DNA of 64,000 bases, taken from NCBI GenBank assembly GCA_964036045.1, contig OZ038379.1:24490001-24554000 (forward strand), read 5' to 3'. Positions 21,370-34,515 of the stretch are shown here, piece after piece. Origin of the DNA: Eutreptiella sp. 'Long Island Sound 2002' (lineage: Eukaryota; Protista; Euglenida). Numbering within the stretch: position 1 is the first letter of the stretch; each line of letters begins with the position of its first letter. The notes beneath the pieces were generated by a model, which saw nothing but the letters and a program-made list of their open reading frames with translations, did no database searches and was not told where the DNA came from. The position numbers and the translations under genes are program-made.

Positions 21370-22050
21370 GAGGACAGGGGACACCTTTGCCACGGGTAGG
21401 GCTATTGTCATTCCGAAAAATTCATAGAAATCCAGCCCTGTGTGAGGGGCCTTGTCGGGGGGGGGGGGGGGGGTAAGTCCACGGGGCACCCTGACTGGCC
21501 TCCTAGGGGCCACAAATGATTAGGTAAGCACCATGCACTTGACTCCAACTGCGCCCGCTCCCCGCGACCTTCATTGCCTTCAGTCCAGAGGGTTTGCACC
21601 GCGCAATTGTTTCATTGTTCATGACGGCTGATTGCGCTCGAATAGGGCTAGGGTTGAGTACGTGCCAGATGACAGACCAAGTGTTACCCATCAGTGGTGC
21701 GCTTCTGCTTTGTGAGGGGGCCCAGCCAAAAGTGCTGGCTTGTGGATTTCCTTGGGGTGCACAGGCCCCCAACCACCAACAGAGCCTGCGGCCCCCACAC
21801 GAGGCCCTATGCGTGCACACTAGTTGCCCAATGCAACGGGAATGCTTGCCAGGGCTAGCCCCCCGAGAGAAGGTTGCTCTGTCGCCCTGGGCTTGCTAGG
21901 CTGTATGGGACTCAGCATGCATTGCCCCCTCCAGGTCAGGGCACTCCTCCTTCCACATTGGATTGTGCTTGGGCGGCTAGAAAGTGGATCTTCTCCGCAG
22001 GCGGTGCCTCTGCGCTTGCGCTGCTCCTCGTGGGCATGAATGGGGCATCA
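21370..22050 (+). pseudogene. Remnant of the DIRS/TATE-type RT-RNase H ORF, RT core deleted at a poly-G
   Basis: RAIVIPKNS*KS (RT motif-1-like) at ~21400, poly-G 21456-21475, then KSTGHPDW..HK*LGK (motif-7-like) and weak downstream similarity; heavily decayed. Confidence 0.45.
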
Positions 22051-23014
22051 TGGCCTAGGGGGCTGAGGGAGGGCGGCTGGGGTTGGGGAGCCACCGGGGG
22101 GGGTGGGAAAAAGGTTTGCGGGGCGGGGCGGGGGTCGTTCGAGCCCCCCCCCCCCCCCCGGGGGGGGGGTTTGGAAAAGGGGCTCCCGTGACAAAACTGA
22201 TTCCAAGCCAAAGTTTTGTTGATATTTTCCCGACTCAACTCCCGCCGGTCCCCAGGGTATAAAAGGGGCACGGGTAGGGCATAGGGTGGCATTTCCCGTA
22301 GTGCGCTCAACCATGAGGTCAATGAAAGCAATGTTTGGCAGGTCTTGCATCCTTTTCACATGATCCAACGAGGGGAGGCCCAGCAGCAGCACATGTTGCA
22401 CCCTCTGCCACTTCAGCCTCCAGCTCCAACTCCAGCAGCAGCTCAAGCAACAACTCCAACTGGGACTCCAGCTCAGACTCTGATTCCGGCAACTCCACTT
22501 CTGATTTTGTTTCCAATTCTATTGTGTCTAATTCCTTAGACGATGAGCTGCAACTGCCAACAGGGTGCTAGGGTGGGGCGCCGTGTGAAAATTTTTTTCG
22601 GATGAAATGTAGCCGGAAAGGACCGGACATAAATACCACCGCTGTTGGCAGTGGGTTGGGGGTGGGGTGGGGGGGCTTAGTTTTAACTTAGACGGCTCCT
22701 TTCGCACGTGCTTTGGGCAGTTGAAATGCGGAAGAGACGGTGTTTGCAAAAGTGACCGTGTGCCAAGGAGTTTTTGAGTTCACCCGGTGCCCACTCCGAA
22801 TGCGTTTTTGAAACGTAGAATTATGTTTTGTGCTGCATGTGCACATATTTGCATTGTTGTATTGTTTGCATTTGTTATCTAGGTAATCCGTTTGGGTGTA
22901 ATGCATGACATGACACATGGGCATGTACCGATGTGCACAAGTATTGCTTGTCCTGCACCCATCTATAATAAATTGTGGGAATGGTGAATTTACACCCCCT
23001 ATACACATGCTTTT

Positions 23015-23450
23015 GCCAAAAAAGCGTGCCAAAGATTGCTCCCCTATCGTTTTATCACTGTAGAGGGTGATAAAAGCCATTTTTTTGTGAAAAAGCGCGC
23101 CAATAATCGCTACTTGATCATTTTATCACTAAAGAGGGTGGTGAGAGCCATTCTTTTTACACAAAGGCGCACCAAAGATTACTTTATCTCACATTGCATT
23201 ATGCACGTTGCAAAAAAAAAGCGCGCCAAGGATCGGTCCATTTGATTTTATCACCATTGAGAGTGATGGGAGGTATGCCTCAAAAAAAGCGTACCAAAGG
23301 ACGCTCCATTATCACTGTAATATTGCTGAAGGTGCCGAAAGCCTTTTTTTTTTAAGAGAGCACGCCAAAGATCGCTCCATTTCATTTTATCCCTTTAGTG
23401 AGTGATGGGAAATATGTTTCCTAAAAAGCGCGGCAAACATTTCTCCATTA
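23015..23450 (+). repeat. Degenerate ~65-70 bp satellite, ~7 units
   Basis: Recurring AAAAAGCGCGCCAAAGATCGCTCCATTTCATTTTATCACT-like unit. Confidence 0.8.
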
Positions 23451-25684
23451 ACAATTGGTCGTTGGAGAGGCTAGGAATGTAATACGCTGGATATAATCAG
23501 TGTTTGTTGTTTTGAAGCTTGAACCCCCCTTTTTTTCTGTCGTCATCGGTTTTTGGGAATGTTGTCGCTGCCAACTGGCGGGAGAGTCGGAAATGTTGTC
23601 TTTTCCCAATATGTCACCCATAACTCACGTCAGAAACACAATGTCTTTACGTGTGACACAGTCTCATAGCAATAGTCTCGATTGTCTGGCTCACACGCTG
23701 GACAGTTGTTTTCCTCTGGGTCCCCTAGGGACATGCCACCTTTTGTTGTGTATAGGGTCTTTTACCTTTATGAGTTTCTTTTGTTAAGTATGTATAGCGT
23801 GAGCCACATCAGGGAGTCCGATTTGAAGCAGCACGTGCAGCTTGTGGACGACCTGCAGCGATCCGTGGCAGACATCTCCAAGGACCACCACGACCGTTCC
23901 AAAGGCCGACAACATGTTGAATCACCCGCTATGGTGGTGGTGGAGATGACCGCATTCATGGTGGCAGTGGTGATGACTACGTCCATGGTAGCTAAGGTGA
24001 CGACTCCATCACTGGTGGTGCTGGGACGACTCCCTTTACGGCGATGCTGGAGATGACAACATCCATGGCACCCAACGTGACGAATACATCGTTGGTGGTA
24101 TTGCCGACAACTCCTTTTGTGGCGGTGGTGGAGATGACAACATTCATGGTGGTAGTGGTGATGTCTACAGCCATGGCAGCCAAGGTGACGACTGCATGCT
24201 GGTGGTGCTGGTGAGGACTCCATTCATGGCGGTGGTGGAGCTACGACTGTCACTTCCATGTTCAGGGCGGTGCTTTTGGTCCGCGGCATTGTGTGCCCTG
24301 GCGGAGGCTGCCCGCCTGCCCCAAGGAACTGCCCCTAAGGACCAGAGCTTTTGCTACTGAGGTTGTTTTGCGTTTATTCTGGGTTTCTCATCTTTGGATG
24401 CTTGCGAGGGGGTGGATATACCCGCCGTACTGTGTACCCGCGAGGAGGGGGGGGGGTAGGCATCCGGGACAGGGCGCACCCTGCAGCACCTCAACGAAGC
24501 ACACGGTGGGCATTCCGCCGGCTGCAGGGTGAAGCTTTGTGCTGATGCCTACCTCCCTGAGACACTATAGAGCAGGTGCTGCCCTGGGTTGGGTGCCCCA
24601 CTCGCTTTTGGTCAAGTGTTGGGTTACTGTGGTTATGTTCTGCCTCTGCGGCCATGCCCCTGGTTGATGGCTTGTGCTGCTCGAAAAACGCCCTTGGTGT
24701 GCGGCCTTTGCGGGTTAAATGCAAGCGTCAGGACTAGTACGCTGCCCCGCCTGCCGAACGCGCCCCTTGCGTGCGTCCGTTCTGGCTATAGCTAGGCGTA
24801 GCGGTTAGTATTGCAGTGCTAGTGTGTAACTGCGGGGTGGGCTGTGTGACGCAGCGGGTTGCTTTTTGTATGTTCTCAGGGGGGGGGGGGGGGTCACACA
24901 GGTGAGGTGAGGGTAAGCCCTAGGCCCTGTGGTATGGCTACCCTATGCCCGCCAAGACGGTGTGAGGTTGTGGGAATATATACCGTTGGCTGTTCCTGCA
25001 ATACTCTTGGTGCTTGTGCTGCCGGCATGGGAAACGACTGTCTGGCTCACACGCTGGACAATTGTTTTCCTCTGGGTCCCCTAGGGACATGCCACCTTTT
25101 GTTGTGTATAGGGTCTTTTACCTTTATGAGTGCCCACCCAAACCCTACCCGCCCAGTTCCTATTGTTCAGACCCTTTGGGTTTGAGAGCTCATGTGGATG
25201 GACTAATTGCCCTCTGGGGCTTTGACTGAGTGTCCGCTGGCTGTTCCCGCAATACTCTTGGTGCTTGTGCTGCGTATGGGAAACCTTACATTTTTGTATG
25301 ATAGCGTCAATGGTCCGATTAATGTTTGAAAATGGTTACCGGAAAAAAAAGCAAGCCATTTGCTCAATATTTTTCTCTTTCGGGTAATGTTTGGTAATTT
25401 TGGGTAATGATCTTCCTAATGGACGGGTTTCCTTCTTTTTCAGTTTTGGTCGCCTTTTGTTTTTGCAAAATGGGTAGTGCTCTCAACCGCATTCGTTTCA
25501 TGTCACCTATGTTACCCACCTTTGTTCCAACTCCTTTGCCGTCTCTCACCTTGTTCTCTTTCCTACAATTGTTTTTCATCATGTGCTCGGCAGGGATATT
25601 TGAAACGTTGTTGTTGTATCGTACTTGAGCAAAAGGTATGTAATTGCAATGCAAATCTACCATACCCATGAAACCGATGCCGAA

Positions 25685-26615
25685 AAGGAGCAATCTTTGG
25701 CGTGCTTTATTTGAACACCCTTTTTGATTACACTACATAATGACATAATGGAACGGAGCGATCTTTGGCGCGCTTTTTTTAAAAACGTACCTCGCATTGC
25801 TCTCTATAGTGATAAAATGAAATGGACCGATCCTTGGCGCGTTTTTTTTTTGCATTGTTGGTGTTGTTAATCCCTTGGGTGGTAACTGTTTCACAATTTG
25901 CACACAATGTGGGACTTGCCCTTTTGCAAAACCCTTTTCCACTGCCCTTTTGACTAATGACACACCATACCATCAATCTTTGTGGGGGATTTTTTTCAAA
26001 TTCATATTCTGTCACCACGCATAATGAAATTTTGAAATGGAGCAATCTTTGGCGTGCCTTTTTTTTGTTTTTTTTTGTTTTTTTGAAAAAAGTTAGCTTC
26101 CATCACCCTCTACAGAAAATTTGCTTCCATCACCCTCTAAAGTGATAGAATGATAAGAGAGCAATCTTTGGTGCGCTTTTTTTTTAAATTTTCCCCCTAT
26201 CACCCTCTATAGTGAAGATGAAACGGAGCGATCTTTGGCACACTTTTTTTAATTTCATGGGTTTTATCACTCCGTATAGTGACAAAGTGAAATGGAGTGA
26301 TCTTTGGCACGCTTTTTTTTTTGGCAAACTGGGTTGTAAGCCCTTTCATAGTGACCATTTGAAATGGAGTGCACAAGATACACCACTCCATTTGCACTGT
26401 TTTTGTTAGTCTCACATTTCATCACGTCCTATAAGAACAAGATGAAATGGAGCGATCTTTGGCACACTTATATTAATTTCATGGGTTTTAACATCCGGTA
26501 TAGTGACAAAGTGAAATTGGAGGATCTTTGGCACTCTTTTTTTAATTTCATGGGTGTTTTATCACTCTGTTTCGTGACAATGTGAAAATGGAGTGATCTT
26601 TGGCTCGCTTTTTTT
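25685..26615 (-). repeat. Same satellite family in inverted orientation, ~10 units
   Basis: Recurring ATGGAGCGATCTTTGGCGCGCTTTTT, the reverse complement of the 23 kb unit. Confidence 0.8.
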
Positions 26616-27799
26616 GGCAATGTGAGTGAGCCCTTGGACATGTGGGGGGTGCACAAGATACACAACTCCGACATGCACTGCTTAACGGAACGAACCACAA
26701 CAACATCCTTTTTAATCGATCAGGTGCTTTTCTTTTCTACAAGGTACACCACCAACGGGAAATGCACATGCGGTATACAGCACAGCACACCAGAAAATGT
26801 GGAAACGGTGAACCATTTGTAGGTTACTCATATAGCCACTTTGGCCCAATAAAGGTCAATGGTCAATTAATGGCTATTTCTAAGATGTTTCTTCACCTTT
26901 GTCAAATTCCGATTTTGGAGTTCTCTCTCCAATTTGCTACATTTGGCTGACCTTTTTTCATTTTTCAAAAACAGGAAACAGGGGGGTGCAGAACAAGGGG
27001 TCAAGTAGACATTTTTTCAGCGAGGGTCTGTTGCACGCTTTCCATCCACGAGCCCCTAGTGAAAGGAGCCGTCAAAGTTTAAGGTCTGTCCAAGCGGGTG
27101 GCCTGTTCCAATTCCAGACCCCCCCCCCCAAAATTTTCGAATCCGTCTTTCTCCAATCTGAGATTTTTGGGCGCCGAAGGCCCCGAATTTTTTCTTTTTT
27201 GCCCTTCCTGAGGCGGTATGTTTCTTTTTTTACCCTGTGTGTCTATACTCAAAATACTCAGAATTTTGTGGAGAATTCAAAAAACTTTGAAAAACACAGA
27301 AAATTTTTATACCGTTGACCTAAAGTCCGGGTCTGACCTTGGCTGATGGGAACCTGGTCTAATGGGCAAAATTTGTTCTGAAAATTTTTTTTTACCCCAT
27401 TTGTGTATGTTCAAAATTATCAGCGCGATGCATGTTGGGGTACCCACTGACTCCCCTCTAGGGACCCTGGCGGCTGACCCCCCCCCCCCCCTCCCCCTTC
27501 CAGACCCCCAAAAGTTTTCGCACCCCGGTTGGGGTCTAGAATTTGAACAAGCCGCCCCCTTTGGGTCTGTCACGGGAGCCCCCCCCCCCAGGGCGGGGTT
27601 GGGGACCTGTTTGGAGGCTCCCGTCACGGGGGGGGGGGGGATGGGCTTTCCCCCCCCCCCCCCCCCGGCCCCGCAAACCTTTGCCCCCCCCCCCCCCTGC
27701 AGGGGTGGGGTAGGGGGTGGGGGAGGAAGCCAGAACACAGAAGGACAGAGCTGGGGGAAGAGGGGCACGGCCCACCTCATGCACTTCCAGCAATGAAGC

Positions 27800-28330
27800 C
27801 AACCAGTCAAACGCAACTCATGATTCCATAGTACACTGTGGCATGCTCAGAAGGTGCCCCTCACACATTTTTCTCTTCAGGAAGCACAGAAAACCCATCG
27901 GCAGGAAATCTCAAAGCTGCAACATCGCCTTGGGCAAGTGCAATCATTAATCCTGGACATCGGCTTCACGGAATTTGTTCCTTGTGAGCCTTGTCAGCAG
28001 GAGCCCCAGTTTGAGCGCGTGCGCAGCAACAGTGCAGTCACCGTGTAGGCAGCTCGCCCAATAGTATTTGCCTGCCTCTGCAACAGCCTGCGCCAAGGCG
28101 TGATGGCATCAGCTGCAGATGCAAAATCCGTTGGTTGGATAAATATTCGTCATGAGCGACGCTCCATATGGACGCACAGAACCGCTCTGACGTCTAACCG
28201 TCTCACGCACCAGAGCCCATACCCCCCAGCCCCCTGCAGACAAACGAGGCAGACAACCATTTCAGTACAACTGGCGAGTGCTACCCCAACGCAAAACCGA
28301 ATTTGTCTGGCCAAATTGCTCACCCAGTAA
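27800..28330 (-). pseudogene. Possible decayed hAT-like transposase fragment
   Basis: Minus-frame CICS*CHHALAQAVAEAGK resembles the hAT HCxAHxLxLA motif; weak. Confidence 0.3.
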
Positions 28331-28456
28331 TTGTGACGAGTTTTTCTCCGGACTGTTTGGGCCGACTGCGAGCTCATGAGAGAAAAGTGCGAGTTTTTCA
28401 TGGAAAAGGCCTGTCTGTACGTGATGATGCAAGGAGGACCTGCTGTGTGCTATTCC

Positions 28457-28598
28457 ACCCACACCCACACCCACACCCACACAAACACAAACACAAACAC
28501 AAGCACAAACACAAACACAAACACAAACACAAACACAAACACAAACACAAACACAAACACAAACACAAACACAAACACAAAAACAAACACAAACACAA

Positions 28599-28638
<40 letters not shown>
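28457..28638. repeat. Compound microsatellite (CACACC)n-(ACAAAC)n-(AC)n
   Basis: Direct reading. Confidence 0.97.
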
Positions 28639-28642
28639 CAAA

Positions 28643-29547
28643 AGGAACTTCTATACTGCCCCGCTGCCTACAACAGTGGTGGCTCCTGCTGTCCACTGCC
28701 CACTGCCCACCGCCTGTCTGTATGTGGCGGAAATAGACGGCCGTATTTTGCATGCAGAGATAGGATGCTCAGGCATGTGCAAATGCTCGCACAATATTGT
28801 GAGTCCACGTGGGCCACACGCTTGCATGCAGGCGCCCCTGTGCACAGACCATAGGTACACTGTGTGCACGGGACAGACGAAGAGATAGAAGGGGCCCGCC
28901 TGCGGCGAGCCCTCGCAGGTGCCCTCAACACGCTGCTCATGCCCTCCGGGGCACAACCATCAAGTGACACAGGCCAAAGGGGGATCTGGTGGCACATTCG
29001 CCACGGACCTTTTTCCGTCATGGGGGACGGCACAGTCCCCCCCGCACAAACCCTAGCGGGCGCACCAAGCACGACATGCACGGCCCATGCTCAATCGTCA
29101 TGCATCACCTGCCACCGTCACCACACCATCATGCTGTGACGAGGGCATCATGCTTCAGGATACCTACCGCTACGCTTCCCCTCTCACACGGATCTGCCTT
29201 GCACAACCTACCACCGTGCGTATTTGGTGTGTGCAGTAGTCGGGAGCGTCTTGCGATGGTGTGTGGGCGGGCTGCATGCACGTGGCGCTTCTTTGGAGCC
29301 GGGCCATGGTCCGGGGGTGCTCGTTTGCAAGGCAACTGTCTGGTAAGGGTTACCACTTTGTGATGCCCTCTGCAGCAGCAGTGTCGCACCCCCCCCCCCC
29401 CCCTGGTAATTGTGCGGCATGGGCACCACAACCACTGAACAAATGGTCGGCTATTCCTCCTTCCCGCCCGGCCCCGATGCCTTAGGGTATGAAAGAGGAC
29501 ATGTATACATAGCCGCACGGCCTATTTGCACAGGGGTGTGGAGGGCA
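28643..29547. repeat. ~0.9 kb direct repeat, copy 1 (non-LTR C-terminal fragment mosaic)
   Basis: Near-identical to 33613-34515. Confidence 0.92.
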
Positions 29548-30590
29548 GACGGCCTATGCTGTGATGAGAGCGGGGCCCCGGCTTTTGCAGAGGTGCGAGA
29601 GCCACAACGCCCGTTGATACGCCATCAATATGGCCGGGGACACCCTGTGCCCAAGACAGAGTAAACAAAAAATCATTTCTCTCACCCTCCCTGGATGCGA
29701 AGGCCCCCAAATTATGTTAACAATTTTGGTTTGAAAATTTCTCACGTCTTTGACTTCTAGCAGTACAATTTCCGAAGCATGCAGGCCCGTGGCGTTGATC
29801 ATGGTTGCCACGATTTTGCTGCGCCCGTCGAAATCCCCCTGCGCCCCGTGCACTCAGTCCAGGAGTGTAGATGCACGTAGAGTGCGCTTTAAAATAAGTG
29901 GCCCAGAGGCCACCCTGTCCGTGGTTCGGACCCCGGCCCTCAGAGAACGGAATTCTCAATCTCCTTTCTTGCAACCCACTGACTTCTTGGCGTTTACTCC
30001 TTGCCCTGTCGCTGTTAACCAATCCTCTGTGCACTGTAGCAGTAGCTGCAGGCTGTCCCCCCCCCCCCCCCGACACCCCGTAGGTGTCATTAGCATAGCC
30101 TAGGGCCGTGACGATGAAATGTAGTGCTTCTTCGGGTTTCCCATATGGGAGGGATTGCGCGCTGATTTTGACCGCCTGTTGCTGAACATCGACAATGCGT
30201 TTTCAGACACTGATGAGCACATTTACAAGAATGAGCTCAGGGGGCACCCCTGCAGGATGCCATTCGTGGCCGAGAAAAATGAGCATAGACAACGAATTAT
30301 TTCAAAAGAGCATGTGAGTTGCTTATACATCCCGGCTAGGGCCTTGTGTGTGCCTGCATGCATGCCTTGCTCCATGGCGACACACAGCACGATTTGTTGG
30401 GGAATCAAATCGAAACATTTCACATAGTTCAGACTAACGCCCTGTAGAACGTGCTGGATTGTTTTATGTAACTCTAAAAGCAGAGGTACAAGGGCTGCCG
30501 CATTTGTGGCACCCCTCTTTTTCCTGAATCCGTATGCGTGGGGGTGGATCCAATGTTCTAGCCATACCATGCATTCCTCAAGTCAAATGC
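29548..30590 (-). pseudogene. Non-LTR RT core-to-thumb fragment (inverted)
   Basis: AYGFRKKRG, LNYVKCFDLI and NGILQGCPLS (30223-30570); thumb-like FQTKIVNIIWG further along the minus strand. Confidence 0.8.
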
Positions 30591-33052
30591 CTACCCATAC
30601 GGTATGTAGTTGGAAAAAAACTGAGAGAGGGCGATGTGGCATGGGTCGCATCCCTTCCCCTTTCGGAATCAAAGAAACGGAGCCAACACAAGAAGGGGCG
30701 TGCTGGGCAGAGCAGTGGGGACCATGTAGAACTGGGGCTGGACTGCAGTGTCGGGATGGTGAGAATGGAAAGCACCGGGCAACACACAACGCATATGCCT
30801 AGCAGAACATCATCCCAAGTTGTTGAAGCATAAGACACGGGAGCCGCTTGCAGTGCATTACACAACCGATTGCACGTCGACCGTGACAGTTCGCGGGCAT
30901 GGATTACACCACGTGCAGGGCACTCATCCCCACATGCGTTCAACATTTTGGATCATTGCTGCGCACGCTACCGACAGGGTCCTTGTGGACAGCACAGACG
31001 GCGCACCAATGTGGTTTGCGCACCTCATCCGTGTGCCCCGGCTGTCAAGGGGACGCGGAAACAGAGGAACACAATTTATGGCACTGTGCGGCATGGACAC
31101 ACGTGCACGACCCCCTCATGGCCACCGTTAGGTGGTTGGCAGCTGATCTACAAGATTTGCTAGCTGAACCCAACTGGCCCCCTTGCCTGAAACTATGTGG
31201 CCTGGCGCCACCTTTGGAGATCTTCCAAGCACCACTGAAAGAGGCATCACTTGCTTTTCTCATCTCATTACACACAACATACGTGGTGATACTCGCTGCG
31301 CGCAATTTAAGGGATCAACAGCAGCCGGCTTTGTTCACAGGGCGCACGCACTCCAACAGACTCACGCGTATCCACACCACCATCTAGTGGGCCCCCCTTC
31401 CGCCGCCCGCAGAGCAGGCGGTGCTCACGTTAGTGACCCCTACACGTAAGAGTTGGCCGTGGGAGCTCACGTTCATGACCAATGTTCTCCGGTGGCTCGG
31501 GGCTTTGCGCTAGCCGGAGGAACTAGGCACGGTCACCTTTTTGGAAATCGCCCGGGGCTTTGAGGAATTTAGAGAGAGAACACTGCTAGCAGCCCCCTAG
31601 GCACATTTCATGGGACACACACTATCCTTACAAGAGCGCGCGCACGTGCTACGGTTGGTGCTCACACACTTACAAAAAGTCGTCAACAAGGGTTCGCTAG
31701 ACCCAGACACCCAGCGGCACACCTGGCGAGGTGTGGGGCACTGATCCCACTGGGCGGTCCAAGAACATGCGGCCTGAATAGGAGACCCTATTTCGGCCGC
31801 ACGCAAAAGATGATACAGCACATTCACATGCTCACACATAACTTCGAAGGCACGTGGATCATGCGCTCACACACACGCCCGGCGGCACAGCGACCGTGTG
31901 TGTACGGGGCACGCAAAACCCCGCAGGAGGTGGAAGAGGCCCGCCTGCGGCGAGCCCCCACCGGCAGTCTAAACACGGGTCTCATGCCAGCGGCGGACAC
32001 AAACACCATGGCGAAAGGAGGATCCAGGGGCACCTTTGCCAAAGACCTTTTCCCGGTCATGTGGGACGGAAGAGTCCCACAGACCCCATACACCACCGTC
32101 ACACGCAGACTGCAGGCCACCGCACACTGCGTGCTCGCACCATCGCAAGGAACAGGCACCTATGCACAGCACACACACCACCGTGTCTTACGTGCCGTAG
32201 GTTGCACAGAATTGCAGAAACATGCTGCTCTATGGGACACCACACGCCAGGGTACGTGGCTGGCTTGCCCATGCTCCAACGGTGCTCTTAGCACAACCTG
32301 CCGCCATGCCCGAGGTGCATGGTCACTAGGCGAGGCGTGCGCCACTGCTGTGGCAAGGGTCACCACGAAGTGATTGTCCCCAAGAGGCCGGCAGCACGGG
32401 CACGCTCCACGGAAAATGAGGGCCCCCCGCCGAACAAGAGATGCGCCAACTCCCAGCGCCCGCACACTCTCACGGGAGACACTCGCTCCCTTCTCACACT
32501 AGGAACCCCTCAACCCTCGAAGAGGCGGCAAGCAGCCCCCCCCCCCCCCCCTGGGGGCATGGATGAAGACGTGGACGCCCCCCCCCCCGTGCACTGTTCG
32601 CGCAAGGACATGGGAGAGTCAGCATTGAACATACATAAAGCTTCAGGGACCGTGACGGCCTGATTTAGCGATAGGGGCGGGCACATTCACAAAGATTGCT
32701 GACTCTCATGCCTGCACGAATGCACACGAAAAGGGGCTACCGCCCTCACATCGCACATGGGTCTCCCTCGTTAATAGTACACGTCCTCAATGTCCTGGCC
32801 GCTCTTGCGACGGGATGGTTAGGGGTTAGCGGGTTAGAGCCTGCGTGTGGCCTGCCCTATCCCACCCCTGGCCCCCCGGTGCGTCGCGGCGGAAGGATGT
32901 CCGCCTCGGGTTATGTTCCCTCCTCTGACACACCGGGGGGCCAGGGGTGGGATGGGGCAGGCCACATGTAGGCTCTAACCCGCTAACCCCTAACCCTCCC
33001 ATTGCAAGAGCGGCCAGGACATTAAAAGCCTTCAACCCTCGTTAATAGTACA
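30590..33052 (+). pseudogene. Non-LTR ORF2 C-terminus and 3' end (family C)
   Basis: TGSLWT..CPGC....ETEEHNLWHC zinc finger; W.L.W...GTVTFLEIA..FE block shared with 38.9 and 41.0 kb; terminus CCCTCGTTAATAGTACA at 33036-33052. Confidence 0.75.
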
Positions 33053-33612
33053 TAGCACACACACACACACACATGCAAGAGGCTGAGAATCCCGGCGGCG
33101 CTATGCTGCAGCAAAGGACACCACAACCCGGGGAACATAGACCGGCGCCCACTCTTGAAAACATGCGCCCCTCATGGGCTTCCGCCCTGCTCGCTGCACA
33201 CTCATGCAGAGAGGCGTACAGCATTGCTGTGCCCGTGGGCACCACAAATTGTGGGTGCCACCACCAACACGCACGAGGCCAGCAACACCACCCGAAGGCC
33301 CACACAAACGCCAATGCTTGCGCTCCCCAGGCCCCTCACACTTCCTTTTGATGCGCTCACCACACATCCCACTCACACCGCCTGTCCCGAAGCGACGGAG
33401 ACCCAAGACCCCCCCCCCCCCCATCGCCTACGGCCGCCCTGCCGCAAGGAAGGTTGGAAGACAACGGGATGGACGTGGCTCGGCCCCTGTTTGGACGTGG
33501 AAGGGCAACATAGGAAATAACATAAACAAAGCCCACGCACCGAAGTTCTGACTCTGTGGAAGAGTAGGAAGTGTGCACGGCAGCCAACCCCGCCCACGTG
33601 CCGGGTTGCTGT

Positions 33613-34515
33613 AGGAACTTCTATACTGCCCCGCCGCCTACAACAGTGGTGGCTCCTGCTGTCCACTGCCCACTGCCCACCGCCTGTCTGTATGTGGCGG
33701 AAATAGACGGCCGTATTTTGCATGCAGAGATAGGATGCTCAGACATGTGCAAATGCTAGCACAATATTGTGAGTCCACGTGGGCCACACGCTTGCATGCA
33801 GGCGCCCCTGTGCACAGACCATAGGTACACTGTGCGCACGGGACAGACGAAGAGATAGAAGGGGCCCGCCTGCGGCGAGCCCTCGCAGGTGCCCTCAACA
33901 CGCTGCTCATGCCCTCCGGGGCACAACCATCAAGTGACACAGGCCAAAGGGGGATCTGGTGGCACATTCGCCACGGACCTTTTTCCGTCATGGGGGACGG
34001 CACAGTCCCCCCCGCACAAACCCTAGCGGGCGCACCAAGCACGACATGCACGGCCCATGCTCAATCGTCATGCATCACCTGCCACCGTCACCACACCATC
34101 ATGCTGTGACGAGGGCATCATGCTTCAGGATACCTACCGCTACGCTTCCCCTCTCACACGGATCTGCCTTGCACAACCTACCACCGTGCGTATTTGGTGT
34201 GTGCAGTAGTCGGGAGCGTCTTGCGATGGTGTGTGGGCGGGCTGCATGCACGTGGCGCTTCTTTGGAGCCGGGCCATGGTCCGGGGGTGCTCGTTTGCAA
34301 GGCAACTGTCTGGTAAGGGTTACCACTTTGTGATGCCCTCTGCAGCAGCAGTGTCGCACCCCCCCCCCCCCCTGGTAATTGTGCGGCATGGGCACCACAA
34401 CCAGTGAACAAATGGTCGGCTATTCCTCCTTCCCGCCCGGCCCCGATGCCTCAGGGTCCGAAAGAGGACATGTATATATAGCCGCACGGCCTGTTTTCAC
34501 AGGGGTGTGGAGGGC
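33613..34515. repeat. ~0.9 kb direct repeat, copy 2
   Basis: Near-identical to 28643-29547. Confidence 0.92.

Larger units (their letters stand above)
228..22050 (+). mobile_element. Degenerate tyrosine-recombinase retrotransposon with gag-YR-RT/RH order (VIPER/TATE-like), interrupted by ~18.2 kb of nested insertions
   Basis: gag-like frame 228-1300, YR 1400-2130 plus 20377-20800, RT/RH remnants 21370-22050, all on + strand; boundaries approximate. Confidence 0.7.

Noticed and set aside
21936-22446. Minus-strand RT fragment (IAFIDL; YPGDRRELS)
   Set aside because: Isolated short matches in different frames with no following motifs.
28262-28888. Long ORFs with HKHK/CVCV/TNTN runs
   Set aside because: Translations of a microsatellite.
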